Of a stretch of 13,892 nt of DNA, positions 13,843 through 13,892 are shown one piece after another. The DNA comes from a virus. Both the position numbers and the translations under genes were made by a program. Below the pieces are notes generated by a model, which saw nothing but the letters and a program-made list of their open reading frames with translations, did not search any database and was not told where the DNA came from. The stretch lies in the UHGV virus genome UHGV-0110421. One strand, 5' to 3'. Position 1 is the first letter of the stretch. Every line of letters begins with the position of its first letter.

Positions 13843-13892
13843 ATCGCTTTAGGTTTGTCCTGAATTTTTAGTTCCCATGAGACAATGATGTC

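Larger units (their letters stand above)
1..13892 (-). mobile_element. lambdoid prophage segment (immunity, replication, nin, Q, lysis, packaging/head modules in canonical order, inverted relative to + strand)
   Basis: Canonical lambdoid gene order read on the minus strand, from the repressor/Cro pair through O/P, RusA, Q, holin/endolysin/spanins and terminase to portal. No prophage ends (att sites, integrase) lie inside the window. Confidence 0.85.

Noticed and set aside
1-13892. Scan for CRISPR arrays, tRNA/rRNA genes, IS elements and att sites
   Set aside because: No regularly spaced direct repeats with unique spacers, no cloverleaf-compatible tRNA-like segment, no transposase-like ORF or terminal inverted repeats, and no integrase. 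None could be supported.

Overview
The window reads as one contiguous segment of a lambdoid (Rac / CP-933-like) prophage from an enterobacterium, with almost every gene on the minus strand. Reading from high to low coordinates: an immunity switch (CI/RacR-like repressor on + facing a Cro-like and a YdaT/CII-like gene on -), a replication module (O-like initiator with an embedded iteron origin, P-like helicase loader), a decayed cytosine-5 methyltransferase remnant, an AT-rich moron cassette, a dinI-like gene behind a LexA box, nin-type genes (YbcO-like, RusA), antiterminator Q, tandem tR'-like terminators, a lysis cassette (dual-start holin, SAR endolysin, Rz/Rz1), two accessory genes, terminase small and large subunits separated by an antisense AT-rich repeat-protein ORF, then portal and head-morphogenesis genes. 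No rRNA, tRNA, CRISPR array or IS element was seen. The two most novel-looking items are the moron cassette at about 10.09-10.73 kb (own promoter, ribosome-binding site locked in a hairpin, uncharacterised 78-aa protein, flanked by direct repeats) and the antisense HEAT-like repeat ORF between the terminase subunits. All product calls rest on remembered motif similarity and gene order; no database search or folding computation was run, and coordinates of small motifs were counted by hand and may be off by a base or two.
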